Assembly (NCBI GenBank): GCA_963713975.1
Contig: OY970218.1
Coordinates: forward strand, 2,368,001-2,432,000
Length of the DNA: 64,000 bases
Reading direction: 5' to 3'
Source: an uncultured Chloroflexia bacterium
Lineage (GTDB): Bacteria; Chloroflexota; Limnocylindria; Limnocylindrales; CSP1-4
Below the pieces are notes generated by a model. That model made no database searches and was not told the origin of the DNA. It saw nothing but the letters and a program-made list of their open reading frames with translations. A program made the position numbers and the translations under genes. Each line of letters starts with the position of its first letter. Position 1 is the stretch's first letter. Below, in pieces: positions 10,176 through 18,618 of the stretch.

Positions 10176-10753
10176 GACTTCGTGCTCCTCGGTGCACCCT
10201 GGTGCGCCGCGGCCGGCGCGAGGGCGGGGATCGGGATGGCGGATGGGACGACGCGGCCCGTCGCGCGGCGTGCGGGACGTGTCGGCGGCGCGGCCGGGAG
10301 ACGGCCGGCGGCGGAAAGGCGACTGACCCCCCGGTCGAGAACGCCCAGGAAGTCGCGGACGTGTTCCAGGTCGTCGTTGTCGAGAACGCCCAGGAGGTCC
10401 CTGACCTGGCGGGCGTTGAGGTCGCGGAAGCGGTCGACAAGCTCCAAGCCGGACGGCGTCAGGCCGACGAACACGCGCCGGCGGTCCGAGCCGGTGGCGC
10501 GACGGGTGACCAGCCCGTGCTCCACGAGCCGGTCCACGATGCCGCTGACTGTCGGCAGCGTCACCCCGAGCCGGGCGACCAGCTCCGACATGTTGAGGTC
10601 GCCGGCGGCGAGGAGGTACAGCACCTTCGCCTGGGGCATGGAGATGTCGATCTCCAGGAACTCCGGCGAGTTCGCATCGGCCAGCCGGGCAAGAAGGACC
10701 TCATAGTCACCGAGGACCTCCTCGATGAGGCCCGCACGCTCCCGCTCGTCGAT
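10172..10753 (-). CDS. MarR-family transcriptional regulator (start ambiguous)
   Basis: ISMPQAKVL, SELVARLGVTLPTVSGIVDRLVEHGLV, DRR. The frame stays open and protein-like up to ATC at 10753, but the nearby ATG at 10758 is out of frame. Confidence 0.85.
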   Translation of the reverse strand: MDERERAGLIEEVLGDYEVLLARLADANSPEFLEIDISMPQAKVLYLLAAGDLNMSELVARLGVTLPTVSGIVDRLVEHGLVTRRATGSDRRRVFVGLTPSGLELVDRFRDLNARQVRDLLGVLDNDDLEHVRDFLGVLDRGVSRLSAAGRLPAAPPTRPARRATGRVVPSAIPIPALAPAAAHQGAPRSTKS

Positions 10754-10780
10754 GCCATTCCCCTTCGTGCTGTGTTGACA

Positions 10781-10797
10781 GTTAGGTCGAACCTAAC
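10781..10797. promoter_or_regulatory. Inverted repeat, probable MarR operator
   Basis: GTTAGGT-CGA-ACCTAAC perfect 7-bp inverted repeat just upstream of marR, overlapping a minus-strand -10-like TAGGTT. Confidence 0.7.
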
Positions 10798-10890
10798 CAT
10801 TCGGCCAGCACGGTACACCCGTCGGGGAGAATACGCGCCGGGTGGGGTGGCACGGCGGAGGGCCGGGCCCCGGGCCCCGCGCCGGGCCGA

Positions 10891-12156
10891 TCAGGCCTCG
10901 GCCGGACCCGCAGGAGCGTGACCGAGCCGAAGCGTGTCGCCCATCGTCGCGAGCAGCGGGACCCGGATCAGCAGGTCGATCGCGACGTACGCGAGGAACA
11001 CGTACGCGGGGCCGATCCCGTCCCAGATGAGACCCGCGACAAGCGCCATGAGCGCGCTCAGCAGCAGGCGCACGACCCTGGCGATTCCGATCCAGCGGCC
11101 CATCTGGGCCGCGGGCACGAGCTCGCGCTCCATGGCCGCCTGGATCGGGCCCCCGAGGTAGAAGAACGCCTGGAGCCCGCCGGCGACGACGAGCCAGGCG
11201 GGAGTCGGGGCCCAGATGAGCACGATGTTGGACATGCAGAACAGCGGGACGGTCAGGAACAGGACCTTCTTGCGGCCGATCCGGTCGGCGAGTCGCCCGA
11301 GCGGGATGGCGAGCACGATGGACACAAGGGCCGTCGTCGCCGCCATCGCCCCGAGGACCAGTGCGTCGGCGCCCTTGATCTCATGGGCGTAGACCTGCGA
11401 GAAGGCGAACACCATTCCCGCAGGCAGGCCGCCGATGGCCGCGATCACCAGCCACCGTTTGAGGTGCCGGCCCGCCATGACCTCGCGCAGGTCGCCGAAC
11501 AGCGCGCCGCGACCGAAGCCCGTCGACCAGCGCTGCGGGGACAGCTGGGTCGCCACGATCACGAACGTGATCAGGGTGATGACCAGCCCGATCACGAACA
11601 ACGGCCGGATGGCGTCCGGGTCGACGACGCCGGACGAGGCGACGATGAGGGCGCCGATCAGGGGCCCGACGATGCCCAGGACGCCGGCGCCGACGGTCTC
11701 GCACACCATCATCGCCGTCGCCCGATCGCGGTTCACCAGGCAGTTGCCGCAGATCGTCGCGCAGCTGTGGCCGCTGATCGAGTAGCCCAGCCAGTAGGCG
11801 ATCATGGCCGCGATGGCCATGTACCAGTTCTGGGCCACGGCATAGGCGAGGTAGGACACCGCGAGCAGCCCGATGCCCGCGAGGTAGAACGAGCGGGGAC
11901 CGTGCCGGTCGATGAGCCAGCCGATGTACGGGCTCACCAGCCCCGCCGCAAGCAGCCCGAGACTGTTGACGAGGCCCAGCTGGGTGGCGCTCGCGCCCAG
12001 TGCCACGATGTAGACGCCCAGGTACGGGAACACGATCTGGTAGGCGAGCCGGTCGAGCGAGGTGCGGACCACCGTCACGTTCCAGTCGCGCTGCTGGCGG
12101 CGGAGGAACGCCATCGCGCCGCGCTCGTCGACGCGCCGGTCCGGGGCCAAGCTCAT
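10891..12156 (-). CDS. MFS transporter
   Basis: About 12 hydrophobic helices; MFS motif A in both halves (GWLIDRHGPR, GRLADRIGRK). Alternative start at 12249. Confidence 0.88.
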   Translation of the reverse strand: MSLAPDRRVDERGAMAFLRRQQRDWNVTVVRTSLDRLAYQIVFPYLGVYIVALGASATQLGLVNSLGLLAAGLVSPYIGWLIDRHGPRSFYLAGIGLLAVSYLAYAVAQNWYMAIAAMIAYWLGYSISGHSCATICGNCLVNRDRATAMMVCETVGAGVLGIVGPLIGALIVASSGVVDPDAIRPLFVIGLVITLITFVIVATQLSPQRWSTGFGRGALFGDLREVMAGRHLKRWLVIAAIGGLPAGMVFAFSQVYAHEIKGADALVLGAMAATTALVSIVLAIPLGRLADRIGRKKVLFLTVPLFCMSNIVLIWAPTPAWLVVAGGLQAFFYLGGPIQAAMERELVPAAQMGRWIGIARVVRLLLSALMALVAGLIWDGIGPAYVFLAYVAIDLLIRVPLLATMGDTLRLGHAPAGPAEA

Positions 12157-12333
12157 GGGGCGACGCGCTTCGTCAGACAACGGGAGGAGAGGATGGGGCA
12201 GACAACATTCCGCCCCCGACTGTGCCGTGGGCGAGTGCTCGTCGATCATGCCGAGGGTCACGAACCTCCGGGATGGCCGTAGTCTGGGTGTCACACCACC
12301 GCGTCGAGGGCGGGGGCTCCGCGAGCCAGGCGA

Positions 12334-12363
12334 TTGACGTGTGACTATCTGGTCACGTATGGT
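12334..12363 (+). promoter_or_regulatory. Sigma70-type promoter with ArsR operator; leaderless start
   Basis: TTGACG(12334)-N18-TATGGT(12358), GTGAC-N6-GTCAC palindrome in the spacer, GTG start 6 nt after the -10. Confidence 0.75.
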
Positions 12364-12369
12364 CCCTGC

Positions 12370-13155
12370 GTGGACGACAAGGTGTTCCGTGCGCTGGCCG
12401 ATCCCAGTCGCCGGACGCTGCTCGACCGGCTCTTCGAGCGTGATGGCCAGACGCTGGGGGAGCTGGAGGCGGCGCTGCCGGAGATGACGCGGTTCGGCGT
12501 CATGAAGCACCTCCGCGTTCTCGAGGGGGCGAACCTCGTCACCAGCCGCAAGGTCGGGCGGGAGCGCCACCACTACCTCAATCCGGTTCCCATCCGCCGG
12601 ATCCACGATCGCTGGCTGGACCGCTACGCGATCCGCGCCGCCGACATGCTCACGGACCTCAAGACCCTCCTGGAGATCGATCCGATGACGTCCCCCGATA
12701 CCGCCGCATCGGCCGCAGTGACGGCCCCGCGCCACGTCTTTGCCACGTTCATCCGCGCGACGCCCGAGGCGATCTGGCGCGCGCTCACGGAGTCCGACTT
12801 CACGACCCTCTACTGGTACGGCTCCACCGTGCACTCCGACTGGGCCGAGGGCTCTCCCTGGGAGCTCCGCACGGCCCAGGGCCAGGTCGGGATCACGGGC
12901 GAGGTCCTGGAGGCCGACGCGCCCTGGCGCCTCGTCGTCACCTACAAGCAGGCGTGGGGTGGTGGCGACGAGCCGCCGTCACGCGTCACGTTCGAGATCG
13001 AGGCCGCCGGTCCGGGCGTCCAGAAACTGATGGTGGTCCACGAGACGGAGCCGGGCACGAGCACCCAGATCGCGGACGTCGCCGCTGGCTGGCCGTTCAT
13101 CATCGCAGGCCTCAAGACCCTGCTCGAGACCGGCGAGCCGCTCGCGGCCGGCTGA
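12370..13155 (+). CDS. ArsR/SmtB HTH fused to SRPBCC (AHA1-like) domain
   Basis: VFRALADPSRR...MTRFGVMKHLRVLE...HYLNPVPI, then IRATPEAIWRALT...GWPFIIAGLKTLLETG. Confidence 0.9.
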   Translation: MDDKVFRALADPSRRTLLDRLFERDGQTLGELEAALPEMTRFGVMKHLRVLEGANLVTSRKVGRERHHYLNPVPIRRIHDRWLDRYAIRAADMLTDLKTLLEIDPMTSPDTAASAAVTAPRHVFATFIRATPEAIWRALTESDFTTLYWYGSTVHSDWAEGSPWELRTAQGQVGITGEVLEADAPWRLVVTYKQAWGGGDEPPSRVTFEIEAAGPGVQKLMVVHETEPGTSTQIADVAAGWPFIIAGLKTLLETGEPLAAG

Positions 13156-13190
13156 TCACCCGACCCGTTGAGACACAGGAGACACGTCGC

Positions 13191-13631
13191 ATGAAGACCA
13201 CGAAGGCGACCGAGACGCTCACCGCCGAGGAGCGGGAGGCGATGCAGGAGCGCACGAAAGAGCTGAAGGCCGCCGGCCGCAGCTCGAAGTCGGCCAGGGC
13301 CGACGGTTTGAAGGACCTGCTCGCGAAGATCGCCGAGCTGCCGGAGCCGGACCGATCCATGGCCGAGCGGGTCCACGCGGTCGTGATGGCCGCCGCGCCG
13401 GAACTCCAGCCGAAGACCTGGTACGGGATGCCCGCGTACGCGAAGGACGGCAAGGTCATCTGCTTCTTCCAGGCCGCCGCGAAGTTCAAGGTGCGCTACG
13501 CGACGTTCGGCTTCCAGCCCGATGCGAACCTCGACGAGGGCGCCATGTGGCCGACGTCCTTCGCGCTGACGGAGCTGACACCCGAAGCGGAGGGGCAGAT
13601 CACCGCGCTCGTGGAGCAGGCGGTGCGCTGA
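13191..13631 (+). CDS. DUF1801 (YdhG-like) protein
   Basis: PKTWYGMPAYAKDGKVICFFQ, KFKVRYATFGF, MWPTSFAL. RBS AGGAG. Confidence 0.88.
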   Translation: MKTTKATETLTAEEREAMQERTKELKAAGRSSKSARADGLKDLLAKIAELPEPDRSMAERVHAVVMAAAPELQPKTWYGMPAYAKDGKVICFFQAAAKFKVRYATFGFQPDANLDEGAMWPTSFALTELTPEAEGQITALVEQAVR

Positions 13632-13654
13632 CGACGGGCGCCGCCGACCCGACC

Positions 13655-14446
13655 TCAGCCTCGGGCTGACCGGATCAGTGCCGAGCGGTGGCGTGCGATC
13701 CAGGCATCGTCGGCGGCGATCCGTGCGTCGCCGCCGGCTTCTGTCCAGTGGTGGATCCACGACTCGTTGCCGGCGGTGATCTCCGCCCGGATGTTGGCCG
13801 TTGCGTGCGCACGCTCCTCGATGATCACGCCGAACAGCTCCTCCGCCCGCTCCGGCTCGAGCCCGTAGGCCCGGGCGAGGACACCGATCCGCGCGATACC
13901 GTCGAGGCTCAGCGGGTGCTGGTCGCGTCTGCCGGGATCACCGAGCGGACCCCAGACCTCGGCCGCGATGGCCACGTCCCACAGCGGGCGGCCCGGGGCC
14001 GCCATCGCGAAGTCGATCAGCGCCACGACGCGTCCCTCGCGGAAGATCACGTTCTCCGGGAACAGGTCGTTGTGGCAGATCACGGTTCCGCCACCCGGGT
14101 CGGCCCACTCGGCAGACCAGTCCGCCGTGGTGCCCCTGAACGATGCCGTCACCTCGTGGAATCGCCGGACCAGCGCGCCGAGGTCCGCCAGCGCCCGATC
14201 CGTCATCGCCCACGCCGGATACGGCGGCACCGGGACGTCGCCGTCGATCCAGCTGAGGACCTCTCGACCCTGGTCGTCGGTGCCCAGGTGCCGCGGCGCG
14301 CCGTCGAACCCGACGGACTCGAGGTGGACGAGCAGCTCGCGGACCGCCGCACGAGAGGCTCCTGCCGCGCGGCGGACGGTATCGCCGACGCGCACGGGCG
14401 CGCTCCTCGGGTCCATGCTTCCGACCAGCCGCTGCTCGTCTGCCAT
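13655..14446 (-). CDS. Aminoglycoside-phosphotransferase-family kinase (TfxG-like)
   Basis: VRVGDTVRR, HLESVGFDGAP, CHNDLFPENV, LIDF. Confidence 0.8.
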   Translation of the reverse strand: MADEQRLVGSMDPRSAPVRVGDTVRRAAGASRAAVRELLVHLESVGFDGAPRHLGTDDQGREVLSWIDGDVPVPPYPAWAMTDRALADLGALVRRFHEVTASFRGTTADWSAEWADPGGGTVICHNDLFPENVIFREGRVVALIDFAMAAPGRPLWDVAIAAEVWGPLGDPGRRDQHPLSLDGIARIGVLARAYGLEPERAEELFGVIIEERAHATANIRAEITAGNESWIHHWTEAGGDARIAADDAWIARHRSALIRSARG

Positions 14447-14467
14447 GTTCATATCGTGACGCAAGGA

Positions 14468-15112
14468 TCAGCCGACGCCGCCGGTCCCGAACTGGCGGTC
14501 GCCCGCGTCACCCAGCCCCGGCATGATGTAGCCGACATCGTTCAAGTGACGATCCAGGGCGGCCGTGTAGATCTCGACCTCGGGGTGGGCGGCAAGCACC
14601 GCCTCGACCCCCTCGGGCGCCGCGATCAGGTTCACGAGCTTGATCCGGACCGCGCCCCACTTCTTGAGGACCTCGATTGCCGCCGTCGCCGATCCGCCGG
14701 TGGCGAGCATCGGGTCCAGGATCAGGCACAGGTCCACGTTGGCCGTGTCCGGGAGCTTGTTGTAGTACTCGACGGGGCGCAGCGTCCGCTCGTCGCGGAA
14801 CAGGCCCAGGTGCCAGACATGTGCCGTCGGCATCAATTCCAGCATCGCGTCCACCATGCCCAGGCCTGCCCGCAGGATGGGGATGAGGCCGATGCGGTCC
14901 GCCAGCTCCTCGGCGTCCATCAACTCCATGGGCGTCCGGATCTGGAGCGGCTGGGTGTGGGCGTCCGCCAGCGCCTCGTAGCCCAGGAGCCACGAGAGCT
15001 CCCTGACCACCTCGCGGAACTTCTTGGGCTCGGTGTTCTCGTCCCGGAGGATGCCCAGCTTGTGACGCACCGCGGGATGCTGGGACACATGGAGGTTCGG
15101 CCAGTTCGCCAC
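14468..15112 (-). CDS. upp: Uracil phosphoribosyltransferase
   Basis: IPILRAGLGM, LDPMLATGGS, YIMPGLGDAGDRQFGT. Confidence 0.97.
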   Translation of the reverse strand: MANWPNLHVSQHPAVRHKLGILRDENTEPKKFREVVRELSWLLGYEALADAHTQPLQIRTPMELMDAEELADRIGLIPILRAGLGMVDAMLELMPTAHVWHLGLFRDERTLRPVEYYNKLPDTANVDLCLILDPMLATGGSATAAIEVLKKWGAVRIKLVNLIAAPEGVEAVLAAHPEVEIYTAALDRHLNDVGYIMPGLGDAGDRQFGTGGVG

Positions 15113-15277
15113 GGGAATCCCTCGCGCTGATCGGATCGGGCGGCGAACCGCCCGGGCGGCACGGCCTGCCGGTCAAGGACCAATCCTAGCGCGCGGCGGG
15201 TCGGCCCGGTGACAGGTGGCGCCACGAGGCCGGCGTTACGCCGGGTGGTGCGGCGCCCGCCGCGTTATGCTCGCTCG

Positions 15278-16414
15278 ATGGTCCCCTCGACGTCCAGATC
15301 CGCCACGCGCGCATCGGCCACGACGCGTGCCGCCCGCTGGGCCGTGCCACCCGTCCTCGTGCGCCAGGTGCGCAACGGCGTCGTGGAGTCGGTGCACCGC
15401 GGTGACATCGTGGAGGTGGACGTCGCGGGCCGGATGCTCCATCTCCTGGGTGACCCGGACCGCGTCGCGTACCTGCGTTCGACGGTCAAGCCGCTGGGAC
15501 TCGTGGCGCTCCTCCGGGCTGGCGGGCGCGAGGAGTTCGACCTGACCAGCGAGGAGCTCGCGGTCATGGCGTCGAGCCACTCCGGCGAGGACGTCCATGT
15601 GCGCACGATCCAGGCCATGTACCGCCGGATCGGCATCTCGCAGACCCTGCTGACCTGTGGCACCGAGGGCATGCCGCTTGATGCCGTCACCGCCGCGCGG
15701 CTGGCGAGGGACGGAGAGCGCCCCGGGCCGCTCCGGCACATGTGTTCCGGGCAGCACTCCGCGTTCATCCTGCTGGCGAAGCTGGGTGACTGGGAGCCCG
15801 AGACGTACTGGCAGGAGGAGCATCCGGCACAGGCTGCCTACCGGGAGACGGTAGGGGACCTGTTCGGCGCGGCACCCGATCGGCTCGTGACCGGCATCGA
15901 CGGATGCGGGCTCCTGACGTATGCCTTCCCGCTGCGCGAGATCGCGCGTGCCTATGCCACGCTGGCTGACCCGGAGTCGATCCCCTCGAGCGACACGCGC
16001 GCTCCGCTGGCCCATCACCTCCTGGCGGTCCGGGATGCGATGACGGCGCACCCGGAGCTGATCGGCGGCAACCGCGACCGGCTGGACACGTCGCTGATGA
16101 AGGCGGCCCCGGGGCGCGTCGTGTCCAAGAGCGGCATGGAGGCCCTGCGCGGCGTCGGGATCCTGGCCGGCGCACGGGGTGAAGGTTCGCCGGCGTCCGG
16201 CCTGGCCATCAAGATCGAGGACGGCGACGGGTACGAGCGCGGCACGTGGGCCGCCGGCGTTGAGGCGCTCCGCCAGGTCGGCGTGCTCGAGGGGCAGACC
16301 CTCCGCGTGCTCGCCCGGTATCACCGTCCGCCGGACGTGGATCCGCATGGGCGGGTCGCGGCAGAGGCCGTCGCCTCGTTCGACCTCGCACCGGTGGGTG
16401 AGCTCACCGGCTAG
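15278..16414 (+). CDS. L-asparaginase II (Rhizobium-type, class 3) family protein
   Basis: ESVHRG, RSTVKP, SHSGEDVH, CSGQH, DGCG, KIEDG. Confidence 0.85.
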   Translation: MVPSTSRSATRASATTRAARWAVPPVLVRQVRNGVVESVHRGDIVEVDVAGRMLHLLGDPDRVAYLRSTVKPLGLVALLRAGGREEFDLTSEELAVMASSHSGEDVHVRTIQAMYRRIGISQTLLTCGTEGMPLDAVTAARLARDGERPGPLRHMCSGQHSAFILLAKLGDWEPETYWQEEHPAQAAYRETVGDLFGAAPDRLVTGIDGCGLLTYAFPLREIARAYATLADPESIPSSDTRAPLAHHLLAVRDAMTAHPELIGGNRDRLDTSLMKAAPGRVVSKSGMEALRGVGILAGARGEGSPASGLAIKIEDGDGYERGTWAAGVEALRQVGVLEGQTLRVLARYHRPPDVDPHGRVAAEAVASFDLAPVGELTG

Positions 16415-16474
16415 GGCCATGTCGTTGCCGGGGCCCGGACCGGCCCACCTCCACCGTCCCGCGGAGGCGCCACG

Positions 16475-17800
16475 ATGACGTTCCAGGGAGATCCGTACCG
16501 GACGCTCGGCGTGGCGCCCGGTGCCTCCCTGAACGAGATCCGGTCGGCCTACAGACGGCTCGCGAAGACGTACCACCCGGACGCGGCCGGCGAGCGGGCG
16601 CTGCCGCGCTTCCTCGCCATCCAGGCTGCCTACGAGCGCCTGGTGGACGCCGACGGGCGGCTGCGACCCCCTGGCAGCTGGGGATCCGACGGCAGCCGGC
16701 CAGCCGGAACGCCTTCGCGAGCGGACCCTGCGAGGGCGCGCGCGTCTCGTGACGCCTGGCGTGCACGGCGGACCGCCGGCGGTCCGGCTGGCGGCGGGGC
16801 GGCCGACGCCGCCGGATCGGGCACCGCCGGAGCGGCCGGCCGGGAGCGGAGGACCGGGCAGGGTAGGGGGTCGGCGTCGGGTGGCGCGGGCTCGGGGGCC
16901 TCGGGTCCCGGCGGCGCCGACCGGCACCATCACCGGCGAGGTCCGCGCAAGGCCACACCGGGCTCCACCACGTACGACGAGGCGGCCACGCCGCTCGATC
17001 CGGACTGGGACGGTGGCGCCTGGTACGGGCCGTCATCGGGAACCTACTGGACGATCAATCCGCGGGAGTACGCCGATCCCCGCAAGCACGGCCCCGAGTA
17101 CCTCGCGCGCGCCCGCTGGAGAGGAATGGATGCAACGGGCGCGGACGCCACGGGGCCGGACACCACGGCGACGGACGGCGGAGCGGAGTGGGGGACCCGG
17201 GCGTGGACTTTCGACGATCGCGCCGACGCGGGGCCCACCTGGGCGCCTCGGGCGGACGCGGGCGCCCGCCGGACCGGGCCAGTCGCACCTGGCGCGTCGG
17301 GCGGGCCGGCAGCCGCCGACCCGGCGACCGCCCCGGCGCCAATGCCGGACATCGAATCCCTGGCTCGTCGGGCGGACCCCGCAAACCTCCTCGCGCTCGC
17401 CCGGCGCCCCGGCCGCCGCTGGCGGCTGGTCATCGCGGGCATCGCCTGGCCGCCAATCGGCTACGCCCTGGGCACCCTGCTCGCGGTCATCACCGGATGT
17501 GCCAGCTTCTCCGCGTCCTGTCCCGAGCACCTTCCCACCGTGCTCCTGCTGGCACAGCCACTCGTGCTCGCCGGGCTCTATGCGGTACCCGTGGTTGCGG
17601 CGGCCTCGGCCTTCGCCACCATCGTCGCGATCGTGGTCGCCGTCCCGGCGGCGGCCGTCCTCTCTGTAGGGTCGCTGCCGCGCACGGAGGTCGAGGCGAC
17701 CGTGCTGGGCGCGCTGGTGGTCGTCGTCTACCTGCTGGCCTTTGCCGGAGCGGTGGCCCGCTTGTGGAACGGACCCGGATCGCAGGACCCCGGGCCGTAG
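16475..17800 (+). CDS. J-domain (DnaJ class III) membrane protein
   Basis: DPYRTLGV...AYRRLAKTYHPD...IQAAYE; Gly/Ala-rich linker; about 4 C-terminal TM helices. RBS GGAGG. Confidence 0.85.
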   Translation: MTFQGDPYRTLGVAPGASLNEIRSAYRRLAKTYHPDAAGERALPRFLAIQAAYERLVDADGRLRPPGSWGSDGSRPAGTPSRADPARARASRDAWRARRTAGGPAGGGAADAAGSGTAGAAGRERRTGQGRGSASGGAGSGASGPGGADRHHHRRGPRKATPGSTTYDEAATPLDPDWDGGAWYGPSSGTYWTINPREYADPRKHGPEYLARARWRGMDATGADATGPDTTATDGGAEWGTRAWTFDDRADAGPTWAPRADAGARRTGPVAPGASGGPAAADPATAPAPMPDIESLARRADPANLLALARRPGRRWRLVIAGIAWPPIGYALGTLLAVITGCASFSASCPEHLPTVLLLAQPLVLAGLYAVPVVAAASAFATIVAIVVAVPAAAVLSVGSLPRTEVEATVLGALVVVVYLLAFAGAVARLWNGPGSQDPGP

Positions 17801-17809
17801 ACTGGCGCC

Positions 17810-18538
17810 ATGCGCCGAACCGACAGCGCCGACATCTCCGCGGCTGCCCAGGAGTACCTCCTCGCCCTCCGGGTCATGGGATCGGAGGGGCGGGTGGCCA
17901 CCTCCGCCCAGCTCGGTCGGCACGTCGGGGTGTCTACTCAGGCCGCCAGCGAGATGTGCCGTCGGCTTGCCTCGGACGGGCTCCTCGAGCCCGCCACCGG
18001 CCGTGGCCTGGCCCTCACCACGGCCGGCCGGACCGCCGCCGATGCCATCTTCCGCCGCCACGCGCTGCTCGAGTGGCTGCTCACGTCGGTGGTGGGCCTG
18101 TCCTGGGCGGAGAGCGACGTGGAGGCGATGCGTCTCCAGGGGGCACTGTCGCCCCGCGTGGAGTCACGGCTGGACGAGCTGCTGGGGCACCCGGAGACGT
18201 GCCCGCACGGCAATCCGATCGACCTCGAGACCGCTAGGCGGCGCCCCGCGGGACTGCCGCTCTCCGAGCTGGAGTCCGGCACCAGGGCCACCGTCCTGCG
18301 CATCACCGAGGAGGCCGAGGAGGACCCGGGCCTGCTCTCCTACCTCGAGGCGCGGGCGCTGACGCCGGGCGCCCATGTCACGATCCTGGCGCGCTCGGAG
18401 TCGCTGGACTCGCTCACGCTGGACGGGCCGCGCGGGCGCGCGACGCTCGGACTCCGGCCCGCAGCCCTGATCCGGGTGCTGCCCGGGGAGGCCGATCCCG
18501 CGCTGTTCCACCAGGTGCCCGCGCCGCTCGGGACCTGA
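17810..18538 (+). CDS. DtxR/MntR-family regulator with FeoA domain
   Basis: EYLLAL HTH, RRHALLEW, HPETCPHGNPI, C-terminal FeoA/SH3-like domain. Confidence 0.9.
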   Translation: MRRTDSADISAAAQEYLLALRVMGSEGRVATSAQLGRHVGVSTQAASEMCRRLASDGLLEPATGRGLALTTAGRTAADAIFRRHALLEWLLTSVVGLSWAESDVEAMRLQGALSPRVESRLDELLGHPETCPHGNPIDLETARRRPAGLPLSELESGTRATVLRITEEAEEDPGLLSYLEARALTPGAHVTILARSESLDSLTLDGPRGRATLGLRPAALIRVLPGEADPALFHQVPAPLGT

Positions 18539-18618
18539 CCGTCCACTTGCGCGCTGTCCACCACCGGGCGGATCGAGCCCAGGTCGGGCATCCCGACGGC
18601 GCCCCCTACAATCCGGGC

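Noticed and set aside
10775-10803. Perfect TTGACA on the + strand
   Set aside because: It points toward the 3' end of a minus-strand gene and has a poor -10 (CATTCG). There is no downstream + gene, though antisense transcription cannot be excluded.
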